Positions 18,763-26,530 of a DNA stretch of 32,000 nucleotides are shown piece after piece. The notes below the pieces were generated by a model. The model did not search any database. It was given only the letters and a program-made list of their open reading frames with translations, and was not told the origin of the DNA. The DNA is from Massilicoli timonensis (lineage in GTDB: Bacteria > Bacillota_I > Bacilli_A > Erysipelotrichales > Erysipelotrichaceae). Position numbers and translations under genes: made by a program. The first letter of the stretch is position 1. Each line of letters begins with the position of its first letter. The DNA lies in assembly GCF_900199515.1 (NCBI RefSeq), contig NZ_LT963433.1, positions 240,001 to 272,000 of the forward strand, written 5' to 3'.

Positions 18763-20058
18763 TTATACGGCAATGATCTCTTTACGGCACAGCCAGATCG
18801 CAAAAAGATTTGGCAGCATCATCAGTGCGTTGCACGTATCCGCAATTTCCCACAGCAGATCGCTTTGTAAAAATACGCCCGCCACGCTCACACATAGAAA
18901 TAGGATGGCATATACCATACGGCTTTGGGTATAAGGAAACAGATAGCGAAGCGCCGCAAACGCATAATAGATCCAGCCGAGCATCGAGGAAAAAGCAAAA
19001 CAGACCAGTGCAAAACGAAAAAGCAGCACACCGATCATACCGAAGCCACTTTCAAAGGCAGCAGTAAAGAGCGTGATCGCACTGCCTTGATGATCAGGCA
19101 CACAAAGCAGACAGACAAAAGCAGATAAAGTCGCAAATACCATCGTATCCATAAAAACTTCGAGCACGCCCAAATAGCCTTGCGCCCGAATCTGCGTATG
19201 TGCGGCGCCCGCATGTGCAAGCGGCGCACTTCCCATCCCTGCCTCATGCGAAAATACCCCGCGGCTAATGCCGTAATGCAGCGCCTTAGCACTGAAAAAA
19301 GCAAATATGCCTCCGACTTGTGCCTGCGGCTGAAACGCATCCTGTAAAATCAGCCAAAACACCTGCGGAATCTGTTCCCGGTGCAGCAAGATCAAATAAA
19401 CGCATGCCAGTCCATATACGATGGAAAAAAGCGGCACCAGCCACGCATTCAGCTTTAAGATAAACGCAGCGCCAAAGAAAAGACAGATTCCCAAAAGCAG
19501 AAGCAGCACGATCATCATGCTTTCCTTTGACACATACGGCACCATTGCCTCTACGATCGTGGTAACCGGTACGACATTGCCGATCCCAAATGACGCAATG
19601 ATGCAAAATAAGGCAAACAGCACCCCGAAGAAGGTCAGCCGATGATCTTCCAATATATAAAACGCACCGCCTAAAAATGTCCCGTCTTTTTGTCTGCGCC
19701 GATGCTTCATCGCCGCAACGGTTTCCGCATATTTTAAGCCCATGCCGATCAGCGCGCAGACCCACATCCAAAACAGTGCGCCCGCTCCTCCGCTCATAAT
19801 CGCAGAAGCGACCCCAACGACGCTTCCTACCCCAAGAGTTGCCCCTAAAGCCGTTGATAAAGAAGCCAGTGCGGAAAGCCCATTTCCCTTTTGAAACAGC
19901 AGCTTCCCGCTTTCCTTGACGATGACCTTTAAGCGCAGCACCTTACAGCGATATAACCGAATAAAAAAATAAAGTCCGATGCCAAGCAGCAGTAAGATCA
20001 CCCCTTCTCCCCAGACGATCTGATTGATCTGCGCACTTAGATAAGCCAGCTTTTCCAT
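18763..20058 (-). CDS. alanine/glycine:cation symporter (AGCS family)
   Basis: A multi-pass membrane protein with N-terminus INQIVWGEGVILLLLGIGLYFFIRL and an internal GISRGVFSHEAGMGSAPLAHA motif. Confidence 0.9.
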   Translation of the reverse strand: MEKLAYLSAQINQIVWGEGVILLLLGIGLYFFIRLYRCKVLRLKVIVKESGKLLFQKGNGLSALASLSTALGATLGVGSVVGVASAIMSGGAGALFWMWVCALIGMGLKYAETVAAMKHRRRQKDGTFLGGAFYILEDHRLTFFGVLFALFCIIASFGIGNVVPVTTIVEAMVPYVSKESMMIVLLLLLGICLFFGAAFILKLNAWLVPLFSIVYGLACVYLILLHREQIPQVFWLILQDAFQPQAQVGGIFAFFSAKALHYGISRGVFSHEAGMGSAPLAHAGAAHTQIRAQGYLGVLEVFMDTMVFATLSAFVCLLCVPDHQGSAITLFTAAFESGFGMIGVLLFRFALVCFAFSSMLGWIYYAFAALRYLFPYTQSRMVYAILFLCVSVAGVFLQSDLLWEIADTCNALMMLPNLFAIWLCRKEIIAV

Positions 20059-20090
20059 GATTCACCTCTCACCCCAGTATATGAAAAAGC

Positions 20091-20119
20091 CAAAAGAAAA
20101 AGTCGGTCGCTGCCGACTT
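20091..20119 (-). terminator. rho-independent terminator after the cyclodeaminase-family gene
   Basis: The minus strand reads AAGTCGG-cagcga-CCGACTT followed by TTTCTTTTGG. The stem overlaps the stop codon. Confidence 0.6.
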
Positions 20120-20747
20120 ATGCAAAACGCCGCTCTACCGCTGTTTCGATCTGGGCAAACACCCTTGCGCTTTCTTGTTCCAACTGTTCGATCAATGCGT
20201 TCCAGTGCATGACCATCTGTTCTTCTTCCTGTAATAAATTGGCACGCACATTATAGATCGAAGCGCGCAGCGTCGCTTCCAGATAAATGACCCCGATCAT
20301 CAGATCGCTGATTGCCATCCGATTGCCATATGCCACCATATCATAAGCGAGCTTCATCGCATCCAAAGAGAACTCCATGCACTGATAAGGGACGCGAATC
20401 GCCTGATCACCTGCTTCTTTCAACAACCGGCGGTTTTCTTCCGTATCTGCTTTCTTCACTTCCCGATAAGCATGTAACCAGCCTTCATATGCCTCTTTAT
20501 CCGTATCGACGATCTTAAGCAGCTCCCTTTTCTTTACCTCCAGGGAAGAAAAACGTTTCAAAAACAGATACTGCTTATCTTCATCTAAGGCAAGAAATCC
20601 TTTTTTTTGAATGGACAGATGCGCATACATACGAATCAATGCGACCGCAAGCGCACCGCAGAAACCACACACGCTTCCTCCTCCCGGCGCAGCCAGAGAA
20701 CTGTCCACTTCATCCAGATAAGACTGTAAGCTTTTTTCGATCAACAT
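20118..20747 (-). CDS. cyclodeaminase/cyclohydrolase family protein (FTCD C-terminal-like)
   Basis: MLIEKSLQSYLDEVDSSLAAPGGGSVCGFCGALAVAL is the family hallmark. The start at 20747 follows GGAGAGGAAA. Confidence 0.8.
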   Translation of the reverse strand: MLIEKSLQSYLDEVDSSLAAPGGGSVCGFCGALAVALIRMYAHLSIQKKGFLALDEDKQYLFLKRFSSLEVKKRELLKIVDTDKEAYEGWLHAYREVKKADTEENRRLLKEAGDQAIRVPYQCMEFSLDAMKLAYDMVAYGNRMAISDLMIGVIYLEATLRASIYNVRANLLQEEEQMVMHWNALIEQLEQESARVFAQIETAVERRFA

Positions 20748-20828
20748 CTGTTTCCTCTCCTTCCCATGTATTCTATGTATCATACTTTTCGATTATGTGC
20801 AAGTGAAAAGTATCATGCGTCTATACAA

Positions 20829-20860
20829 AGAAAAAAATAAAAAGGTGCGCTTTTGCACCT
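20829..20860 (-). terminator. rho-independent terminator after the DUF368 gene
   Basis: The minus strand reads AGGTGC-aaaagc-GCACCT followed by TTTTTATTTTTTT. Confidence 0.65.
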
Positions 20861-20861
20861 A

Positions 20862-21704
20862 TTAACCGGCAATCTTTTCGATCCCCATGACCATCACGCC
20901 GCCAAAGGCGAAGCTGATAAAGGAAGTCAGGATCAAGTTCATGTCATAAGCCGCATCCAAAGGAATGAGCACCAGCGTCGATGCGATGATGAGTCCCAAT
21001 ATAAAAGAGATGGTTGCATCATGATTGTGCTTTAAGAAATAGCCGCACACTTTTGCACTGATGACGATTCCCAAAATAATGCCGATGCCCATGAACCCGA
21101 GCGGAATCAAAATATTCAGCTGAAACAATAAGACATTTGCCAGATAAGCACGGAACAGATAATACTCGCCTAAGATCAGCAGCACCATTGATCCGCTTAC
21201 CCCCGGCAGCAGCATAGAAGCACCCCCGATCGCCCCGATCAGCACTAACTTTACACACAGCCACACGCTCACATCCGGATATACGACATGCACATCACTC
21301 GCTTCACCCGGATTAAAGTACACAAGCGCGAAGATGATCGCCATACCGATCAAAGTAGGCAATACTTTTACCTTGCCCTTTCCCTTCACTTCTGCTTTTA
21401 GAAATACCGGAATACTGAATGCGATCAAGCCGATGAACCAATACATCGTCTGCACTTCAAATTCGCTTAACAGATAGCCGAGCACTTTCGCAAAACCGAT
21501 CAAGCCGATCGCAGCGCCCAACAGCAGTTCTCCTAAAAACAAGAGATCCGCTAAACGATTGGGATTATCGCGTTTCAATAAATTGCTGATGGCATCCATG
21601 ACCCGGTTAAACACCCCTAAGATGACCATCATCGTTCCACCGCTGACACCCGGAATAATATTCGCGATCCCGACGGCAATTCCGCCGATTATTGTTCTTA
21701 TCAT
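20862..21704 (-). CDS. DUF368-family membrane protein (PopT-like putative undecaprenyl-phosphate translocase)
   Basis: MIRTIIGGIAVGIANIIPGVSGGTMMVILG, with a second PGVSGS repeat, is the DUF368 pattern. The start at 21704 follows GGAGGT. The ORF-track N-terminal extension is read-through of the 5' region. Confidence 0.85.
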   Translation of the reverse strand: MIRTIIGGIAVGIANIIPGVSGGTMMVILGVFNRVMDAISNLLKRDNPNRLADLLFLGELLLGAAIGLIGFAKVLGYLLSEFEVQTMYWFIGLIAFSIPVFLKAEVKGKGKVKVLPTLIGMAIIFALVYFNPGEASDVHVVYPDVSVWLCVKLVLIGAIGGASMLLPGVSGSMVLLILGEYYLFRAYLANVLLFQLNILIPLGFMGIGIILGIVISAKVCGYFLKHNHDATISFILGLIIASTLVLIPLDAAYDMNLILTSFISFAFGGVMVMGIEKIAG

Positions 21705-21732
21705 TTGACATACCTCCATGTAAATCTTCTCT

Positions 21733-21761
21733 AGTATAAAGCATTCTTCCCTATTCGTAAA
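21733..21761 (-). promoter_or_regulatory. candidate promoter of the DUF368 gene
   Basis: The minus strand reads TTTACG, a 17-nt spacer, then TATACT. This places the native 5' region of the gene and therefore the left limit of the island. Confidence 0.4.
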
Positions 21762-21798
21762 CACGAAACCGAAAAAGAAATGTAAAATGCATGTAAAA

Positions 21799-21889
21799 TC
21801 ATAACCACTAGTAAACTGGTGGTATGGCTCCACCCTATAAGGGTATATTGTTACGCGTGGCCCTTCGACCACTGAGGCCTGACAGCCAC
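21799..21889. repeat. cluster of overlapping, mutually exclusive hairpins (candidate IS200-type subterminal end)
   Basis: There are four hairpin elements. (1) TCATA-A-CCACTAG-taaa-CTGGTGG-TATGG, 12 bp including two G-T pairs that pair only in a plus-strand RNA. (2) GGTGG-N7-CCACC. (3) ACCC-tataa-GGGT. (4) GTGG(C)-N-CCAC / GCCAC. The cluster lies immediately left of the IS1182 insertion point. Confidence 0.35.
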
Positions 21890-21905
21890 AACACTTTTAC
21901 CTACT

Positions 21906-23752
21906 GGGGCTGTAACAGTTGAAACAGCTCCTCAAAATAAAAAATGACAGGAAAGCGATTAAGCAGACCTGTCTTTTTTGTGTATAATATAAATATGAAC
22001 ACGAATACATATACACACCAGAATTATAAAACATATTCTGACGGAATGCAATTGTGTCTGCCGTTGGATTTATCAGTTTCTATTGACAGCGACGATCCTA
22101 TGTGGTCTTTTCTGGATGCGGTAGAAGGAGTTAATTTCAGTAAATATGTAAAGTCGATCCGCTCCAATAATACACATTCTCATGATCGCGGCATGCTGTT
22201 GAAAACTTTGCTGTTTGCCTTCATGGAAGGTCATCGTTCTTTATCTGAGATAGCTCATCTATGCAAAGTAGATACCCGCTATCTCTATCTTTCCAATCAG
22301 GAAAGGCCAAGCTTCATGGCTTTTCAGAGAATGACACAGGATCTTACGGAATCCATTGATGATATCTTCTTTGACATCAGCCAGCACATAGCACAGGATC
22401 TGATGCTATGTGATACGGATATACAATATATAGATGGTACAAAAATAGAAGCAAATGCACACAAAAATTCCTTTGTCTATAAAAAAAGAATTTTGAATGC
22501 AGAGGAAAGATTATTTCAAAGAATAAGCGAATCCATCTTTCAGCTGAATTTTCATCATGGATATGCTTATCCGCTAAAGCAGACATATACAGCACTTGAA
22601 ATTGGCTATATCTGCCAGTATCTAATGGAGACCATGGTAAATAACAATATAGAGATCAAGTATGGAACAGGACAGAGGAAAAGCGAAATACAGAGAGAAT
22701 ACGATGTTTTTCTTGGATATTATGGAAAACTGATGGAATATGAATACTGGCTGAGCATCATAGGAAAGCGAAATTCGTGTTCCAAAGTAGATCTGGATGC
22801 GACCTTCATGGCGACAAAATGGGACTACTATAATCAGAGCGGAATTACAAGAGCGTGCTATAACTGTCAGATAGCAGTAAGCGATGGAATTATTGTAAAC
22901 AGCAATGTATATCAGTCACCGGTGGATACAGCGACATGGCAGGATTTTATTGAAAGATATAAGGAAAGAACAGGAAGCTATCCAAAATGGCCGGTGGCCG
23001 ATGCAGGATATGGAAGCTATGATAATTACTTTTTCAATATCATACGAGGAATAAGGCTTGTACAGAAATATAATATGTATGGAAAGAAGGAAGATAAAAA
23101 ATTCCAAAAGAAAATCTATGATGCATTGAACCGGAAAGAAAATGAAGAAGGCTATAAGGTCTGTCCAAGCGGCAGAGTATTTGACCAGTATAATGGCGAC
23201 AGATACAGAAACACACTTCAGGACAATCTGATGATCACGCAGTTGTACAGTGAAAAGGAACAATGTGCAGGGTGTAAAAGGATAAAGGAATGTACAAGAG
23301 GAAACTATCGACAGATCGGGAAAAACATAGCAATGAATGAATTCAGGAAAGAAGTAGATAAAAATCTATCCACAGAAGAAGGAAAGGAAATGAAAAAGCA
23401 AAGAAGCATACAGGTAGAAGGAGCGTTCGGAGTCATAAAACAAGATTTCAAATTCACAAGATTCAGTAGAAGAGGAATGAAAAACGTGAAAATGGAATTT
23501 CTTTTGGTATGTCTGGGCTATAACTTAAAAAATATCATATATTCAGACAAAAACAGAATGGACAAAACCTAAGATCATAAGGAAAGTTTTCCACAATTTG
23601 AAGACAGGATAAAAAAGATGTTTTTATCATGCCAAAATTTCAATTCTGATAATCGAGAGATAATCTTAAACGTTCATTCTGATAACAAAAAAGAAAAAAG
23701 GCCGTAACAGCCTAAATGATATTTTATTAAATCACTTAACTGTTAAGACCCC
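21906..23752 (+). mobile_element. IS1182-family insertion sequence (about 1.85 kb)
   Basis: Imperfect terminal inverted repeats: left GGGGCTGTAACAGTTGA, and right (reverse complement) GGGGTCTTAACAGTTAA, matching at 13 of the first 17 positions. A single DDE transposase ORF lies inside. I found no flanking direct repeat. Confidence 0.75.
21995..23572 (+). CDS. IS1182-family (IS5-like DDE) transposase
   Basis: The N-terminus (MQLCLPLDL...LLKTLLFAFMEGHRSLSEIAHLCKVDTRYLYL...PSFMAFQRM) and C-terminus (VEGAFGVIKQDFKFTRFSRRGMKNVKMEFLLVCLGYNLKN) are typical of IS1182. The start is taken at ATG 21995. Confidence 0.85.
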   Translation: MNTNTYTHQNYKTYSDGMQLCLPLDLSVSIDSDDPMWSFLDAVEGVNFSKYVKSIRSNNTHSHDRGMLLKTLLFAFMEGHRSLSEIAHLCKVDTRYLYLSNQERPSFMAFQRMTQDLTESIDDIFFDISQHIAQDLMLCDTDIQYIDGTKIEANAHKNSFVYKKRILNAEERLFQRISESIFQLNFHHGYAYPLKQTYTALEIGYICQYLMETMVNNNIEIKYGTGQRKSEIQREYDVFLGYYGKLMEYEYWLSIIGKRNSCSKVDLDATFMATKWDYYNQSGITRACYNCQIAVSDGIIVNSNVYQSPVDTATWQDFIERYKERTGSYPKWPVADAGYGSYDNYFFNIIRGIRLVQKYNMYGKKEDKKFQKKIYDALNRKENEEGYKVCPSGRVFDQYNGDRYRNTLQDNLMITQLYSEKEQCAGCKRIKECTRGNYRQIGKNIAMNEFRKEVDKNLSTEEGKEMKKQRSIQVEGAFGVIKQDFKFTRFSRRGMKNVKMEFLLVCLGYNLKNIIYSDKNRMDKT

Positions 23753-23764
23753 TTTTTTATCACT

Positions 23765-24055
23765 TTATTTCACCGGCACACCCGTAAACGGGTCAATAAA
23801 TTCTTTCATACTCATTTGATCCGCTAGTTTATCTTCCTGCAACTGGGTGTGGATATATTCCCTGATTATCTCTTCATTCTTTCCTACTGTATCTACAAAA
23901 TATCCTCTTGCCCAGAATTTTCTGTTTCCAAATTTATATTTCATATTTGCATGCCTTTCAAATATCATGAGCGTTGATTTGCTTTTCAAATATCCTATGA
24001 ATCGAGCTACACCAAACTTTGCAAAGGGCGAAAACAGACCGTGAAACGGGCTACT
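23765..24055 (-). pseudogene. tnpA: IS200/IS605-family TnpA (Y1/HUH transposase) remnant, C-terminal ~90 codons only
   Basis: The open frame reads ...PFHGLFSPFAKFGVARFIGYLKSKSTLMIFERHANMKYKFGNRKFWARGYFVDTVGKNEEIIREYIHTQLQEDKLADQMSMKEFIDPFTGVPVK. This aligns with residues ~62-152 of Salmonella IS200 TnpA as I recall it (HIHMLLEIPPKMSVSSFMGYLKGKSSLMLYE...FWCRGYYVDTVGKN...DYIKHQLEEDK...SPFTG). An in-frame stop lies at 24056..24058 and there is no N-terminal half. Confidence 0.8.
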
Positions 24056-24071
24056 TTACTTGCAAAGTATA

Positions 24072-24400
24072 GTGTGTTATACGCTCTGTCGGCGTTGCCG
24101 TAAATGCCGTTGCCGCCAGGGAGGGCAAGGGCGTTTGAAACGGCAGGAAAACAGAGCTGTGATTGTATGACGTGAAGCCGCAAGCGCAAAACTGGTTTCA
24201 TCAGCAGACAGGACGTATATGAAAGCCCCTTCCCTCGTACTACGCTCCGACTTATGGACAAAGTGTCCCGAAGTGTAGACACACTCCCCCAACAAATAGC
24301 AGGATAGCGGGCAACTGTCAAAGCTGAAATGAATGGGTTTGAACCAGGCCTTGACCAGTGACTGGCTCGACTTACTTTGCTATCTATACCAAGAAGTTTA
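24072..24400 (+). ncRNA. group II intron-like domain I fragment A (ORF-less, no domain V seen)
   Basis: It begins GTGTG (24072). It shares GAAAACAGA (24147) and a 29-nt block (24247..24275, 23/29 identical, ungapped) with fragment B in the same orientation. GGACAAAGTGTCCCGAAGTGTAGACAC resembles the GGAAAGUGUCUGAAACCUCUAGUAC region of Ll.LtrB domain I, from memory. No protein-like ORF is present. Confidence 0.4.
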
Positions 24401-24402
24401 GA

Positions 24403-25380
24403 TTAGTTTTTCAGTTCGTCAGCGTGTTCTTCACAATGCTTCTGTACTTCTTTCAACCATGTTTCATACCAATACCATGTTTTTGATATTAGTACCCCAA
24501 AACTATATTTTGTATCTTTCGCATCTCGAGACTTCCACAATTCTGTATGCTTGTTAATTGAAAACTTATTATATCCTTTTTCCTTCATCAAAGATACAAT
24601 CTCGCTTGGCAAATACTTTCGTTTCTCTGTTTCTTTCAAAACAGCATATGTTTTCTCAATGCCCTCTGCAAGTGGAGAATCGCTTTTGATAAATTCAACG
24701 ACTTGGTCTGCCTGCCCTTTTCTTTTTGCATTTATTGGAACAAAAAGGACGCGATACGCATAGCGCGAACTTGCCAGTGCTTCCTCTGAAAGAAGACTTT
24801 CAAAATCTACAACAAAGTTTTTAACATTTGAAGTAATATGCACATTATCATGTAGCATATCACGCTGCTCTGGTGTCAATGGGGAAAACTGAATTGCAAG
24901 GGATAGTTCTTTACTAAGGTTATATTTATCCCCGAATAGTTTGCAGATGTAATAATCAAAATTTAATGCACAAGCCTGTAATTTTGCACTCAAAAACTCG
25001 TCAATCTTATCTGTCATTTGATGTTCGATCTCATGACGAACCCCAATAAGGAAACGCAAATTTGTTATCGTATCACTATCTAAAGGACAGTCCTTTTCAT
25101 TAAGACACCGTTCAAGTTCCCAATGTTTGTATGCACCATATTTGGTTTTATCATATACTTTCTTTTTCCCCACATAACGATAGTAACGATAGTCGATACC
25201 TTTGCTTCTAAAAAAGGCATGAAGTAAATAAGTCCATCCAATCACAGCCAGCGTGATAAACGTTTCTGCCTTGAATGTGACTTGCGGATTATTATATATT
25301 TGTACCGCAGCAAGCATCGCTTCGCGAGCTTTTTTTATCAGCACTGTTTTTACAGATTTTACTCGTCTTTTCCTTGGCAT
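24403..25380 (-). CDS. hypothetical protein, DUF3644-like N-terminus, with an HExxH motif
   Basis: A 325-aa ORF with a GGAGGTG RBS. The N-terminal segment KKAREAMLAAVQIYNNPQVTFKAETFITLAVIGWTYLLHA resembles what I recall of DUF3644 proteins. HEIEH is encoded at 25021..25035. The gene is AT-rich like its two upstream neighbours. Confidence 0.7.
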   Translation of the reverse strand: MPRKRRVKSVKTVLIKKAREAMLAAVQIYNNPQVTFKAETFITLAVIGWTYLLHAFFRSKGIDYRYYRYVGKKKVYDKTKYGAYKHWELERCLNEKDCPLDSDTITNLRFLIGVRHEIEHQMTDKIDEFLSAKLQACALNFDYYICKLFGDKYNLSKELSLAIQFSPLTPEQRDMLHDNVHITSNVKNFVVDFESLLSEEALASSRYAYRVLFVPINAKRKGQADQVVEFIKSDSPLAEGIEKTYAVLKETEKRKYLPSEIVSLMKEKGYNKFSINKHTELWKSRDAKDTKYSFGVLISKTWYWYETWLKEVQKHCEEHADELKN

Positions 25381-25440
25381 ACGGCACCTCCGTTCCGAGT
25401 ATAGAAAACCAACTTTTGACCTAGGTATCAGAAAATATAT

Positions 25441-26529
25441 TTAATCTTCTTCCTCTTCATCCATATTCATTTCAAGTTTATAGTAGATGTCTATATCACG
25501 AATTATTCCGTCAATGTCACTATTATTAAGCTCTGAAGTCCACAGTTGAAGTTCATTAATGGTAATAATTTCTTCAATCGCTTTATGGTATCTTTCTTCC
25601 AAAACAGTCATACCACTTGAACGCTGTTCAATATATTTTTCTAATTTATTCAAAACATTTTTCTTGTTCTGTTTAGTTTTAATTACAAAACTAATTGGGA
25701 AGTGCATGACTTTATCGATATCCAGTAGATATTTATCGTAGTTGTTTACCTCAGTCACCTGGAAGAATCTACCTATCGGCCTCATAACAAAATCGATACC
25801 ACCGTCATTTGCATTAGTCCTTCCAGTTTTGAACAATTCAAGAACTACTTCATCAATAGTATCCCTTGTATACCCGAAGAACACGGTAATATTTTTATAA
25901 TGGTTTTTCAAAATGGCATAGCTGATAATCTCAAATATACGAGCTTCGGCATCTTCTGTAAGTAAAGCATTGATTTTAGCTTTTTTCTCAGAGTAGTCTG
26001 TCAACCCTCTCAGTTCTTCCAAGATACTTATTAAGGCATGATCTTTTGCCATTAAAAGATCGATATACTTTTTAATGATTTTGCAGGAAACAAGGCTTAT
26101 GTCATGTCCCTCGACATAGATATAGTCAATATGGATAAGATACTTTCCGTTATTAACGATAATTAGGTCGTTTACAACATCCTTAATTTTGTTGTGAAAT
26201 TCGCCATTCACACGAGAGTTTAACGCGTGATTTTGTAATTTACTCCCACCATAGAGACTGCGATAGAAATTGAACAGTCGCATATAATCATATCCCTCAA
26301 ATTGGCGATATGCTTCTTTTTTGTTATAGAAATCCTTTTGATAGAAGAACAGGATAGAATAAATCGCATAAATATTTGCCAAACTTCTACGAGTTTTGCT
26401 ATTACCGTGAACTGCTTTCATTTTCTTGTCTAAATACTGAAGCAGAGGACTTTTATCATAAATCTTTTGATAATCTGTAGGATACTCTGCTTTGAGAATA
26501 TCCGAAACAAAAGTTTCTGTAATCTTCAT
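25441..26529 (-). CDS. putative restriction endonuclease (PD-(D/E)xK / Mrr-cat-like C-terminal half)
   Basis: A 362-aa ORF whose ATG lies 1 nt after the methyltransferase stop codon, with a GAGGAG RBS inside the methyltransferase 3' end. The C-terminal segment FEIISYAIL...NDGGIDFVMRPIGRFFQVTEV resembles the D...QxK core of Mrr-type nucleases. Confidence 0.55.
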   Translation of the reverse strand: MKITETFVSDILKAEYPTDYQKIYDKSPLLQYLDKKMKAVHGNSKTRRSLANIYAIYSILFFYQKDFYNKKEAYRQFEGYDYMRLFNFYRSLYGGSKLQNHALNSRVNGEFHNKIKDVVNDLIIVNNGKYLIHIDYIYVEGHDISLVSCKIIKKYIDLLMAKDHALISILEELRGLTDYSEKKAKINALLTEDAEARIFEIISYAILKNHYKNITVFFGYTRDTIDEVVLELFKTGRTNANDGGIDFVMRPIGRFFQVTEVNNYDKYLLDIDKVMHFPISFVIKTKQNKKNVLNKLEKYIEQRSSGMTVLEERYHKAIEEIITINELQLWTSELNNSDIDGIIRDIDIYYKLEMNMDEEEED

Positions 26530-26530
26530 G

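Noticed and set aside
21840-21900. A possible tRNA or T-arm-like element (GTGGCCCTTCGACCAC).
   Set aside because: The stem has 4 bp with an 8-nt loop rather than a 5-bp stem with a 7-nt TTCRANY loop, and no acceptor, D or anticodon arms can be drawn.
21896-23765. Target-site direct repeats flanking the IS1182 copy.
   Set aside because: Comparing 15 nt on either side (CACTTTTACCTACT versus TTTTTTATCACTTT) shows no convincing duplication. None is reported.
24007-24321. Minus-strand ORFs of 104 aa (24007..24321) and 72 aa (24077..24295).
   Set aside because: They are overlapping alternative frames in a GC-rich structured segment. Neither has an RBS, family features or any TnpA N-terminal motif. 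I interpret the segment as non-coding (intron-like fragment A).
24341-24368. A hairpin on the minus strand, GAGCCAG...CTGGTTC, which mimics the base of group II intron domain V (GAGCC...GGUUC with a G-U pair at the third position).
   Set aside because: It is only 28 nt long, with no continuous 14-bp helix, no 2-nt bulge and no GNRA loop. It is also on the opposite strand to the domain I-like similarity, so I judge it coincidental.
23990-24400. An alternative reading of fragment A plus the tnpA remnant as an IStron, that is, a group I intron on the minus strand fused to IS200/IS605 genes. CTTCGGGACAC and CATATACGTCC vaguely resemble the group I R and S elements.
   Set aside because: The resemblance is only a few nucleotides. 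No tnpB is present, and the paralogous fragment B shows collinear matches to a group II intron on the plus strand. I have not formally excluded this reading; cmsearch with the Rfam Intron_gpI model on the minus strand would settle it.
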